DNA from: an uncultured bacterium
GTDB lineage: Bacteria > Actinomycetota > Acidimicrobiia > Spongiisociales > UBA5794
Length of the DNA stretch: 64,000 nucleotides
Reading direction: 5' to 3'
NCBI GenBank assembly: GCA_963801165.1
Contig: CAWDDT010000004.1
Span: 32,001-96,000 of the forward strand
Shown here: positions 31,808 through 41,030 of the stretch, piece by piece
Layout: each line of letters opens with the position of its first letter
Numbering within the stretch: the first letter of the stretch is position 1
Notes under the pieces: generated by a model
What the model was told of the DNA's origin: nothing
What the model saw: only the letters and a program-made list of their open reading frames with translations
Databases searched by the model: none
Translations under genes and position numbers: made by a program

Positions 31808-32934
31808 GTAAGCCAGCGTCTTATCTCATCACCGTGCTCGTCCAGACCCGGTGGTGGCAGCGGCGATGTCGCCGGGGAACCGTCGAGGCGGATCGGGGAC
31901 CTGACGGCTCGACCCCCGACTGCGGGGTACTCGACGGTCGGGTCCAGTCCCGCGTCGGTCGCCCAGATGAACGCCTCGTCGATCCTGTTGATCGGGCCCG
32001 CCGGAATCCCGGAAGCACGCAGGGCATCTATCCATTCGTGCGCCGGGCGAGCAGCGAACGCTCGATTCAGCTCTCCGGCCAGGTCGTCGACATTGCCGCG
32101 GCGGTCTGCATTGGTGCGGAACCTGGCATCTGTTGCAAGGTCGTCCCGCCCGAGCACCGTACAGGTGCGCTGCCATAGCTTGTCGTTGGCGGCGGCCAGG
32201 ACGAAATCCCGGTCGGCGGCTCGGAAGACCTCGTACGGGGCGATCGAGGGGTGCCGGTTGCCCTGCGCCGTCGGGACGACACCGCTGTTGAGGAACCCCG
32301 ACCCCTGGTTGAGCAGCGCGTTGAGCGCGGCGTCGAACAGCGACACCTCGACATGTCTCCCGCGATTCGTTGTCAGCCGCTCGTGCAACGCAGCAAGCAC
32401 GCCGATAGTGGCGTACAGGCCGGCCGCCATGTCGATAACGGCCGCTCCAACCTTCGTAGGGGAGTCGGCCGACTGGCCGGTGATGCTCATCATGCCGCTC
32501 ATCGCCTGGATCAGCAGGTCGTAGCCGGGAAGGGTCGCGACGGAGCCTTCTGCTCCGAAGCCGGAGACCGAGCAGTACACCAACCCCGGGTTGGCCGCGC
32601 TGAGCGTTTCGAAGCCGAGCCCCAGGTCGTCCATGAAACCGACCCGGAAGTTCTCAACGAGGACGTCGGCGCGTTCCCCGAGGCGGCGTGCCAGTTCGAG
32701 ATCGTGCGGGTGGCCGAGGTCGAGCACCACCGATCGCTTCCCCCGGTTCAGCGCCAGGTAGTAGCTCGATGACCCGTCTCCGGCCCACGGAGGACCCCAT
32801 GCTCTGGTGTCGTCGCCAGATTCCGGCCGTTCCACCTTGACGACGTCGGCCCCGAGATCAGCCAGGGTCATCGAAACAAGCGGTGCGGCGAGCACACGAG
32901 AGAAATCCGCAACGAGTATCCCCGACAGCGGCAT
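31792..32934 (-). CDS. Family III CoA-transferase (CaiB/BaiF)
   Basis: LADLGADVVKVE, GDDTRAWGPP, NRGKRS, ENFR, GYD, GNRHPSIAPY. Confidence 0.93.
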   Translation of the reverse strand: MPLSGILVADFSRVLAAPLVSMTLADLGADVVKVERPESGDDTRAWGPPWAGDGSSSYYLALNRGKRSVVLDLGHPHDLELARRLGERADVLVENFRVGFMDDLGLGFETLSAANPGLVYCSVSGFGAEGSVATLPGYDLLIQAMSGMMSITGQSADSPTKVGAAVIDMAAGLYATIGVLAALHERLTTNRGRHVEVSLFDAALNALLNQGSGFLNSGVVPTAQGNRHPSIAPYEVFRAADRDFVLAAANDKLWQRTCTVLGRDDLATDARFRTNADRRGNVDDLAGELNRAFAARPAHEWIDALRASGIPAGPINRIDEAFIWATDAGLDPTVEYPAVGGRAVRSPIRLDGSPATSPLPPPGLDEHGDEIRRWLTQEGA

Positions 32935-32939
32935 TCCGG

Positions 32940-33314
32940 CTACGCCAGCAGCTCGAGCGCGCGGTTCAGCGTGTCCGCCGGATCGAGCAGCTCGACCATT
33001 GCGGGAGCGTCGGGAATGATCCGGCGCGCCGACTCATGCAGGTGCGTAGGCACTTCCAGGAGCAACGGGATGCCGTAGGTCTTGCAGATGTGGAAGATGT
33101 GATGTGTCTGGATGTTGTCATTGGCAGCCGCGATGATCTTGTGCAGGTATCCGACCAGCACGTCGTAGCGGTTCTGGCTGTTGACGAGCATGATCGATTG
33201 CCCGTGATGATCGGATCCGTTCGACACCGGCAGGGTGTCGAACCCGGACATGACCAGATGCGAGAGCAGCCGGGAGTCGGTTCCTTCGAAGTAGCCGACC
33301 GATTTTCTCGTCAT
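32940..33314 (-). CDS. Hypothetical protein, paralogue B of a tandem pair (receiver-like pattern)
   Basis: 124 aa; 75/124 identical to 33329..33703 by manual gap-free alignment; GAGG RBS. Confidence 0.85.
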   Translation of the reverse strand: MTRKSVGYFEGTDSRLLSHLVMSGFDTLPVSNGSDHHGQSIMLVNSQNRYDVLVGYLHKIIAAANDNIQTHHIFHICKTYGIPLLLEVPTHLHESARRIIPDAPAMVELLDPADTLNRALELLA

Positions 33315-33328
33315 GATCCCTCGCGCTC

Positions 33329-33703
33329 CTATGCGAGGAGCTCGAGAGCACGGTCAAGGATCACTGATGGGTCGAGGAACTCGACGACATCGGGGGCATC
33401 CGACATCAACTTCTTGGCTGCCGGCTGCAGATGGGTTGGCACCTCGAGCAGCAGCGGGATCCCATAGGTCCGGCAGATGTGAAAGACCCCCTGATACGGC
33501 AGGTCGTATTCGACCGGCGCGTACAACTTGTGGAGGTAGCCGATCAGGATGTCGTACTTCTCCTGCTGGTTTATCCGGCGCACGTTCTTGCCGTGGTGGT
33601 CCACCCCGTTGGAAACGGGGAGAGTGTCGTAGCCGGCACAGATCAGACTGGTCAGCAGCAAGGAGTCCGTGCCTTCGAAGTATCCGACTGACTTTCTAGC
33701 CAT
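33329..33703 (-). CDS. Hypothetical protein, paralogue A of a tandem pair (receiver-like pattern)
   Basis: 124 aa; GGAGG RBS; starts 54 nt after the gdhA stop. Confidence 0.85.
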   Translation of the reverse strand: MARKSVGYFEGTDSLLLTSLICAGYDTLPVSNGVDHHGKNVRRINQQEKYDILIGYLHKLYAPVEYDLPYQGVFHICRTYGIPLLLEVPTHLQPAAKKLMSDAPDVVEFLDPSVILDRALELLA

Positions 33704-33757
33704 TCATGCCTCCACCCTGCATTATCGCGGGCCTCACAGTCTCCGAATCCATATCGC

Positions 33758-35101
33758 TCAGACCACGCCCTGGGCGACCATCGCGCCGGCCACTTTGAGG
33801 AAGCCGGCGATGTTGGCGCCAACGACATAGTTGCCGGGAGTGCCGTGCGCCTCGGCGGCCTGGTAACAATTCTTGTGTATGTCCACCATGATGTTGCGCA
33901 GCTTCTTGTCGACGGTGTTGCGGTCCCACGACGTGTGGCCGGCGTTCTGCGACATCTCCAACCCGCTGGTGGCGACACCGCCCGCATTGGCCGCTTTGCC
34001 GGGTCCGAACAGGACGCCCTCGTCCTGGAAGAAGCGCACCGCCTCGGGCACCGTCGGCATGTTGGCGCCCTCGGCCACCAGCATCAGGTTGTTGGAGACC
34101 AGGCTCTTGGCGTCGTCGAGATCGAGCTCGTTCTGGGTAGCGCAGGGGAACGCGCACTGCGCCCCTTCCACCGCCCATGGCCGTTGTCCCGGGAAGTAGT
34201 CGACACCGAAGTGCTGGGCGTAGTCGGAAATTCGTCCCCGCCGGACGTTCTTGAGGTCTATCACCCAGGCGAGTTTCTCGTCGTCGATACCTGCGGGGTC
34301 GTAGATGAAGCCGTCAGAGTCGGAGAGAGTCACGGCCTTGCCGCCGATCCGGTTGATGTTCTCAACGGCATACTGGGCGACGTTGCCTGAGCCCGACACC
34401 AGACAGGTCTTCTGATAGAGGCTGTCCTGCTTGACTTTGAGCATCTCCTCAGCAAAGTAGATGACCCCGTAGCCGGTGGCTTCGGGACGGATCAAGCTGC
34501 CACCCCAGCCATAGCCCTTGCCGGTGAGGACGCCGGCGAACTCGTTGGCAAGGCGCTTGTACTGGCCGAAGAGGTAACCGATCTCCCGGCCACCTACGCC
34601 GATGTCGCCGGCAGGGACGTCGGTGCGGGCTCCGATGTGGCGCCACAGCTCGTTCATGAACGACTGGCAGAACCGCATGACCTCCATGTCGGTCTTGCCC
34701 TTCGGGTCGAAGTCGGATCCGCCCTTGCCGCCGCCCATGGGAAGGGTGGTGAGGGCGTTCTTGAAGACCTGTTCGAAACCCAGGAACTTGAGAATCCCCA
34801 GGTTGACACTGGGGTGGAAGCGCAGCCCGCCTTTGTACGGGCCGATGGCGCTGTTCATCTCGATCCGGAAACCACGGTTCACCTGGATCTCTCCCTGGTC
34901 ATCGACCCAGGGGACCCGGAACATTATGACCCTCTCGGGTTCGACAATCCGCTCCAGGATCTTCGCCGCCCGAATCTCCGGGTAGCCGTCGAGGATCGGA
35001 AGGATCGACTCGATGACTTCGGTCACCGCCTGGTGGAACTCGGGCTCGCCCGGGCTGCGCCGAACCACCTGGTTCATGAACGCCGATACAGAATTGGTCA
35101 C
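33758..35101 (-). CDS. gdhA: NAD(P)-specific glutamate dehydrogenase
   Basis: EPEFHQAV, GPYKGGLRFHP, GGGKGGSDFDP, DVPAGDIGVG, RPEATGYG, SGSGNVA; GTG 35101 with GGAGG. Confidence 0.96.
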   Translation of the reverse strand: MTNSVSAFMNQVVRRSPGEPEFHQAVTEVIESILPILDGYPEIRAAKILERIVEPERVIMFRVPWVDDQGEIQVNRGFRIEMNSAIGPYKGGLRFHPSVNLGILKFLGFEQVFKNALTTLPMGGGKGGSDFDPKGKTDMEVMRFCQSFMNELWRHIGARTDVPAGDIGVGGREIGYLFGQYKRLANEFAGVLTGKGYGWGGSLIRPEATGYGVIYFAEEMLKVKQDSLYQKTCLVSGSGNVAQYAVENINRIGGKAVTLSDSDGFIYDPAGIDDEKLAWVIDLKNVRRGRISDYAQHFGVDYFPGQRPWAVEGAQCAFPCATQNELDLDDAKSLVSNNLMLVAEGANMPTVPEAVRFFQDEGVLFGPGKAANAGGVATSGLEMSQNAGHTSWDRNTVDKKLRNIMVDIHKNCYQAAEAHGTPGNYVVGANIAGFLKVAGAMVAQGVV

Positions 35102-35379
35102 GCCTATGCCTCCGTCGTACGGGTATCGAGAACGCATCTCTCTTCTGTTTCGGCAGCAGCCGCACGTTCTTGCAGCGATCTCCGCAGACGGCGATAACGG
35201 GAAGCCGTGCCTGAATCCCGGGAAAGAGAGCACCGAGCATTCATTGTGCTCAGTTTATACCTCTATGCAGTCGATGTAGCGGACCGTATTACCCTCGACA
35301 CAGGTCCGACCGGCACCCGTCAACTCAGGCCCCGGCCGGGGGTCTGGGATTGCCCGACGTGGTTGATTATGGTTTTGGC

Positions 35380-35928
35380 ATGGGCGACATAAACCTGGTC
35401 GATCCGAGATATCAGGAGCCGTTACGGCCGGGGTGGTGGAAGACCGGTGCCGGGTGGCTGGCCCTGCTCCGATCGAACCGCGTCGACCGCCGTGCCAAGC
35501 CGGTCGTCATTGTGTTGATCGTAATCGTGTTCTTGCTCGTGAACTGGGTGACCAACCGGCAGATCTGGGGTCCTCTCGCGGCGCTCTCGGGCATTCTCGT
35601 CGCAGTCGTACTGATCTATAGCCCGATCGATTCCGCCAAGGCTGCGCCGCGTCAACCCCTCCAGCCCGGCTGGTGGAAGACGCGCGACGGGTGGAGCGGG
35701 CTGCCCCATGCTGGCTTCGACGAGCCGGGTGTCGGGGTGTTCCGGCTGGTCACCGGCCTAGTTATCGCCGCCGGCATCGTGGCGTGGCGAGGTTGGAGAG
35801 GCGTTCCGTTGGCAGTTCTGTTCGTTCCCTCCCTCGGCAGGGGGGTGTTTCCGGAGCGGTTCAGGCCGTATGTACGCCCCGTTTCGCTTGTTGGTTTCTT
35901 CGTCGCAAGCGCGCTCTGGTGGCGGTAG
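35380..35928 (+). CDS. Hypothetical membrane protein with an internal duplication
   Basis: QEPLRPGWWKT and RQPLQPGWWKT each precede hydrophobic helices. Confidence 0.65.
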   Translation: MGDINLVDPRYQEPLRPGWWKTGAGWLALLRSNRVDRRAKPVVIVLIVIVFLLVNWVTNRQIWGPLAALSGILVAVVLIYSPIDSAKAAPRQPLQPGWWKTRDGWSGLPHAGFDEPGVGVFRLVTGLVIAAGIVAWRGWRGVPLAVLFVPSLGRGVFPERFRPYVRPVSLVGFFVASALWWR

Positions 35929-35938
35929 CTCGTCGCCC

Positions 35939-37636
35939 TCACCGCGGTTGCGTGATCGCTCGGAACCGACTCATCCATGCCTGCCATGCGAGATCTCCTT
36001 CAGGCACCGAGATAGGGTTGTCTTCGTTCGGTTGCAGGGCCCTCTGAGTCTCCTGCGATACGTCGTCGAGGAGATGATCGATCCGGCTCTGAGGCCAGTT
36101 GACGCCCCCGAGGTCCCATGCAGCTTCACCACCGATAGCCAGCAAGCCCTCGAATACAGGCGCCAGCGCACTCGCCAGCCCGATAGCAATCGTTCCGACA
36201 ATCCAAACCTGGTTCTTGGCGTCGTCGGCGTATCGTCCGAGGGCGTTGGTGAGCGTCCCGGCGAGGTAGGCGAGGTTCTGTGCCTGCGGGAAGGGGTAGC
36301 CCGCGTCGGTGCCCCGCTCTGCGAAGCTGGCCGGGTCGACGGCATTCCCGCCCCGCAAGGCGTTGGTGATGAGAGCCAGGTCGCCGAATCGCTGCCGGTC
36401 GACGAGCTGGTAGAGAAACCCCGTCGTCGCAATGCCTTCCGGGTCGAGCGTCGTTGCCAGCTCGGTGATAACGCCGCTGGCGTCTGTCAGTAGAAGGCTC
36501 ATGGAGTCTGTAAGGAGCTCGTCCCGGCTGCCATCCAGCAACACGGTGGCGGCGTCCCGGTTCCGAGGTATGTAGCCGGGTTCCGGTCTCCAGGTGGCCT
36601 CGAGGTCGTACCGACGATCCAGCAGAGAATGCAGTTGGTCTGGATCGGCGGCGATATCGGCGATGCCGTGGAACGCCCTTGCGATCAGAACCGGATCGGC
36701 TCCACGACAGATGGTGTCGACGACAGAGCCGAGAACGTCGACGCCGTCGGTGTGAGCGATGAGGCCGTCGACGATCATGAGATGCAGCGCGCCGTCGGTG
36801 GTGACGATGGCCCGCGCTGCGGCGGCAGCGGCGCTGCTGTCTTCGATCCCGGTGACGGCGAGACCGGAGGCGAGCGTCGAGAAGCGGTGGTCCGGCAGGT
36901 CGGTGGCCATGACGTAGGCGACGAAATCGACGATGACCTGGTCGGGGGATTCGACCTGGATCGCCATCCCCAAGTCGATGATGTCCTCTTCCGATCCACC
37001 GGCGAGGACGGCGTCGTGGATCTTCCCGAGCGATTCGCTGTTGGCGTTTGTGGCCAAGATGGCAAACAGCCTCCGTTTCTCGTCTCGCGAGAAGCCGTTG
37101 ATGCTGTGACCCATCTCCTCTATCCAATGTCTCAGCTGTCGTGGCGAGAGTGCCCCGACAACCCGGTCCAGCTCATCGCCGGCGAGCCCTTCGAGTGTGT
37201 TGCCTATGTTGTGAAGATCGTTGTTGGTTACGTCGAAGTCGTTCCAGCGTTGATCCAGCCAGTGGGTGATGTTGGCGACTGCCGTGTCGACTCGTTGCCG
37301 GCTCTCCAGCCACCCCTGGAATGCCCGCTCCGGGTCGCAGTCGGGGAATACGCCGGTCGCCGCAAAGTCCGCTCTGAGCCTGGCCCAGGTGTTCTCTGGC
37401 GAATTCTGACCGGTTCGAATGAGCTCGACACGCCAGCGAAGAGCGTCTGCCGTCTCGTCGCCCCAGGTACTGACCCTGTGACACAACGCCTGAAGCGATG
37501 CCGCATCCGCGCGGTGTCCCCAGCGACTCAAGATCTGCACACCCGGTCGCAGCAGTGCCGCCGGCCGCGCCGCGCTGAACGCGAGCTGCGCGCCCAGCTC
37601 GCCCAAGCCTTCTGGATCAATTCCCCGGAATCCCAT
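35939..37636 (-). CDS. Hypothetical alpha-helical protein with a possible WXG100-like N-terminus
   Basis: 565 aa ORF with GGAGG RBS; starts MGFRGIDPEGLGELGAQL..RWG; no signal peptide. Confidence 0.65.
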   Translation of the reverse strand: MGFRGIDPEGLGELGAQLAFSAARPAALLRPGVQILSRWGHRADAASLQALCHRVSTWGDETADALRWRVELIRTGQNSPENTWARLRADFAATGVFPDCDPERAFQGWLESRQRVDTAVANITHWLDQRWNDFDVTNNDLHNIGNTLEGLAGDELDRVVGALSPRQLRHWIEEMGHSINGFSRDEKRRLFAILATNANSESLGKIHDAVLAGGSEEDIIDLGMAIQVESPDQVIVDFVAYVMATDLPDHRFSTLASGLAVTGIEDSSAAAAAARAIVTTDGALHLMIVDGLIAHTDGVDVLGSVVDTICRGADPVLIARAFHGIADIAADPDQLHSLLDRRYDLEATWRPEPGYIPRNRDAATVLLDGSRDELLTDSMSLLLTDASGVITELATTLDPEGIATTGFLYQLVDRQRFGDLALITNALRGGNAVDPASFAERGTDAGYPFPQAQNLAYLAGTLTNALGRYADDAKNQVWIVGTIAIGLASALAPVFEGLLAIGGEAAWDLGGVNWPQSRIDHLLDDVSQETQRALQPNEDNPISVPEGDLAWQAWMSRFRAITQPR

Positions 37637-37696
37637 CGCCCACCCTCCGCTGTGTGACGTTAGATATCATTATATAGCGGAGACTGACGATAGAAT

Positions 37697-39358
37697 CTAG
37701 CCGGTCTGGCGCAGATCCCTCCGATTGAATGCAAAGACCGACAAGGCCACCAGTACCAGGAACGTCGCGGCGAGCACGGCCGCGTTGGCCCAATCCATCC
37801 CGTTGCTGAGTGGGGAGTTGGTCAGGTAGTGGCCGAACGGGGTGAACGCGGCAACCACGTCGACGGTGTGGTTGAGGATGGCGATCGAGTTGACGAGGAA
37901 CATCGCCAATGTGATCCCGATAGTGCCGTATAGGGCAACCTTCGTCCTCCCCGTGCTGGCACTGAGGAGCAGGGCCAGCGCCCCAAAGACGAGACCGACC
38001 AGGACCGCCAGCAACGTCGCCGCAGCGATGTCGACGGCACTGATCCCGAGACCGCCGAGCAGCGAGCCGATCCAGACCCCGGCCCAGGTCGCAAAGCCGA
38101 CGACGACGGCATAGACCGTCATGGTGTAGGTCTTCTCCACGACGACGGTGGAACGTCGGATCGGGTTGGCCAGCAGCAAACCCATCGTGCGGTTGGCTTC
38201 CTCGCCGGCCAAGGCTCTGGAGCCGATGGTCACAGTCATCACCATCACCGCCATCCAGGCCATCAGGCCGAATATCTCTCCTTCGTAGAAGTCCTGGGGG
38301 GTGCTCATTCCTTTGGCCGTGGATCCGACGAACGCCCATACCGCTTCGGGAAGTTGGTCGGTGTATTGGAGCAAGACTTGGTCCATGAGGTTGTAGAGCA
38401 GGCCCACCATGGCCGACATGAGGAACATGATGTAGGCGACGACGATGAAGAGTCCCTGGTGCTCGGAGAATGTCTTCATCCAGATGCGGGAGACCCTTAT
38501 GGACCCGGCGACTCGGTCGGCGATCTTCTTGGTCATAGGGTGTTCCCGGAGACGGTCGACGAGGGTGGTGCCTACCGTCTGCCCCTTGAGGTCGCGCCGA
38601 TTGATCCCGACGTAGGCAGCCACTCCCAGCAACAACGTCGCGACCAGCAACACGGCGAAATGACCCGCGCTGAATCCATTACTGGCGGGTTGCGATCCGT
38701 TGAAGTAGTACCAGGGGATGACCTTGGACAAATTCTCCCAGCCCTTGAGCAGCGGAAACACACCAGTGAGGATGAGCCCGAGGATCATCAGGCCGGTGGG
38801 TACCCCGATGGCAGCGCCGCGGTTCCCCGTCCAGGCGCCGAGAGCGCACGCGAGCATCCCGTAGAAGAGCGCATTGATCCACAAATGTGCGCCGTACCCG
38901 GCCACGTGCAGACCACCGAGGGAAACTCCGAGCAGTCCCGCAACGACATAGGCAAGGGCCCAGAGGGCGACGGTGGCTGCTGTGACGAGCGCCACCATGT
39001 TGCCGATCTTGCCGCCGAGCACGTTGCTGCGACTCTTGGGATTGCCCAGTAGAAGCCCCAGGGTCCCGTCACGCTCTTCACCGGCGATCGAGGCGGCGCC
39101 CATGGCGATCGACATCCCGGCGAGGGTGAGCGCACCGTACATGCCGTAGAAGACGGCAATGGCGAGACTGGCGACGTCGGCGTTCTCGGGGATGTTCATC
39201 AACGATCGGAACGCTTCGGGGAGCTTGCTGAGGACATCTGTGGCGAAGCCCCTGTAGACGTACATCGCAAGCAGCAGACCAAGGCCGAGCGAGACCACGG
39301 CTATCGCCATTCCCCGCCAACGATCTCGCACCGTCTTGGTGAAGACCGAGGTCAGCAT
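37697..39358 (-). CDS. ABC-2 type permease (two fused halves)
   Basis: Repeated AGEE..T.GLLL.NP..RS and RRDL motifs. Confidence 0.9.
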   Translation of the reverse strand: MLTSVFTKTVRDRWRGMAIAVVSLGLGLLLAMYVYRGFATDVLSKLPEAFRSLMNIPENADVASLAIAVFYGMYGALTLAGMSIAMGAASIAGEERDGTLGLLLGNPKSRSNVLGGKIGNMVALVTAATVALWALAYVVAGLLGVSLGGLHVAGYGAHLWINALFYGMLACALGAWTGNRGAAIGVPTGLMILGLILTGVFPLLKGWENLSKVIPWYYFNGSQPASNGFSAGHFAVLLVATLLLGVAAYVGINRRDLKGQTVGTTLVDRLREHPMTKKIADRVAGSIRVSRIWMKTFSEHQGLFIVVAYIMFLMSAMVGLLYNLMDQVLLQYTDQLPEAVWAFVGSTAKGMSTPQDFYEGEIFGLMAWMAVMVMTVTIGSRALAGEEANRTMGLLLANPIRRSTVVVEKTYTMTVYAVVVGFATWAGVWIGSLLGGLGISAVDIAAATLLAVLVGLVFGALALLLSASTGRTKVALYGTIGITLAMFLVNSIAILNHTVDVVAAFTPFGHYLTNSPLSNGMDWANAAVLAATFLVLVALSVFAFNRRDLRQTG

Positions 39359-40260
39359 CAGGAACGCACCTCCTCGTAGTAGGTGAGGAAGATCTCCTCC
39401 AGATCCGCTTCCTGTGTGCTGATGTCCAGGAGGTGGTGACCGTTGCTCGCCACCTTCAGCAGCTCGGCCATGTGGCCGTCGAAGGAGACGACGACGTGAT
39501 TGTTGTCGACGGTGACTTCGCGGACACCGGGGACAGCGTCGAACTCGGATTCGTCCACCGGCTCGTCGAAAATCATCGTGACAGTGCGGATGCCCTTGGA
39601 TCTGAGCTCGGCCACGCCCTCGACCGCGATCAACTTGCCGTGGCGGATGATCCCGACCCGATCGGCGACCCGCTGCACCTCGGAGAGCGTGTGGCTGGAG
39701 AGAAAGATCGTGCGGCCGCTGTCGGCGACCTCCCGCATCATCTTCTGGAACTCGCGTTGCACCAATGGGTCGAGACCCGAGCTCGGCTCGTCCATGATGA
39801 GAAGCTCAGGCTTGTTCATGAACGCCTGGATGAGGCCGACCTTCTGGCGGTTACCCGAGGAGAGATCGCCGACCTTCTTGCTGAGATCGGCATCGAGCCG
39901 GTCGGCAAGCGACTCGACAAAGTCCCAATCCACGCCGCCCCGAAGATTGGCAAAGTACGTGATCGTGTCGCGACCGGTCAGGTTTGGGTACATGGCGAGG
40001 TCGCCCGGCACGTACCCGATGTGGCGTCGGATCTCTACCGACTGTGCGTGGCTGTCCAAGCCAAGGATGGTCGCCTTGCCGGTTGTCGGCCTGATCTCGT
40101 CGAGGATGGTGCGGATCATCGTTGTCTTGCCCGCCCCGTTGGGGCCTAGGAAGCCAAAGACCTCTCCGACCCGGACCTCGAGGTCCAGATCGACGAGCGC
40201 GGGGAAGTCGCCGTAGTGCTTGGTCAACTTCTCGGTGTGGATTGCCGTCTGCTCTGTCAC
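39358..40260 (-). CDS. ABC transporter ATP-binding protein
   Basis: GPNGAGKT, LSSGNRQK, IMDEP, SSH. Confidence 0.95.
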   Translation of the reverse strand: MTEQTAIHTEKLTKHYGDFPALVDLDLEVRVGEVFGFLGPNGAGKTTMIRTILDEIRPTTGKATILGLDSHAQSVEIRRHIGYVPGDLAMYPNLTGRDTITYFANLRGGVDWDFVESLADRLDADLSKKVGDLSSGNRQKVGLIQAFMNKPELLIMDEPSSGLDPLVQREFQKMMREVADSGRTIFLSSHTLSEVQRVADRVGIIRHGKLIAVEGVAELRSKGIRTVTMIFDEPVDESEFDAVPGVREVTVDNNHVVVSFDGHMAELLKVASNGHHLLDISTQEADLEEIFLTYYEEVRS

Positions 40261-40925
40261 TGCTGCCTCTCCTTCGGGGACTCGGGTGGGGGTGCGACGA
40301 ACGCGTCTCGCATCATCTTCACTGTGGCTTCGGTTACGAATCCCTCGCTGACGAGCTCGAGGATGGGACCTATGTACGCCGCGAGTGCGGTTGGATCCTG
40401 TGTGTAGTCGCCGGTTGGGTCGATGCCGATGAGCCGTTCGACATGGTCGTGGAGGACGAGTGCACCGAGCGACCAGATTGCCAGGATCGCCGCCCGCTCG
40501 TACGGATACTGGGATGGTTTGATCATGCCGGTCTCAATACCGGTCTCCATGTACTTGACCGAGTCGGCAACGATCTCGTCGACGAGGTCGGCGACGCGCG
40601 GTGACCCGTCCACCAGCGTTCGGGCGAGGTAGCGGCTATACGGAGGGCTGTCCTTGATCGAGTTGAGCGCCGCTCCCACATCGAAGCCGACACCGGCTGT
40701 CATCGCACTGCTCTTGAGGTCCCGGATGATCGCGGCGACGTGTTGGTCGCATGCCTCCCGAAGCTCCTCCTTGGACCCGAAGTAGTGGATCACGAGGCCG
40801 GGCGACACGCCCGCGGTGGTTGCGATCGTTCTGATGCTGGTGCCGGCGACACCGCCGTCGGCGAAGCATTCAATGGCCGCATCACGGATGCGAGCCCGGG
40901 TGGTGCGGTCGCTCTTTGAACGCAT
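40257..40925 (-). CDS. TetR family regulator
   Basis: IRDAAIECF..TSIRTIATTAGVSPGLVIHYFGSK. Confidence 0.93.
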   Translation of the reverse strand: MRSKSDRTTRARIRDAAIECFADGGVAGTSIRTIATTAGVSPGLVIHYFGSKEELREACDQHVAAIIRDLKSSAMTAGVGFDVGAALNSIKDSPPYSRYLARTLVDGSPRVADLVDEIVADSVKYMETGIETGMIKPSQYPYERAAILAIWSLGALVLHDHVERLIGIDPTGDYTQDPTALAAYIGPILELVSEGFVTEATVKMMRDAFVAPPPESPKERQQ

Positions 40926-40951
40926 GTTCAATACATTAAACGATCGTTCAA
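40916..40951. promoter_or_regulatory. Tandem palindromic operator overlapping the TetR start
   Basis: TTGAAC-GCAT-GTTCAA (40916-40931) and TTAAAC-GATC-GTTCAA (40936-40951). Confidence 0.75.
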
Positions 40952-40976
40952 CAGTTGTGAAGATGGCTCTTCCGCG

Positions 40977-41013
40977 AAAAAGGGGGGGTGGCGGTGATAC
41001 CCGCCACCCCCCC
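40977..41013 (-). terminator. Intrinsic terminator
   Basis: 13-bp stem GGGGGGGTGGCGG/CCGCCACCCCCCC followed by TTTTT on the minus strand, just after the 41031 stop. Confidence 0.85.
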
Positions 41014-41030
41014 GCTCGGCGCTGCGTGGA

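Noticed and set aside
35102-35340. Riboswitch or GlnR box in the gdhA leader
   Set aside because: I could not match a convincing consensus by eye
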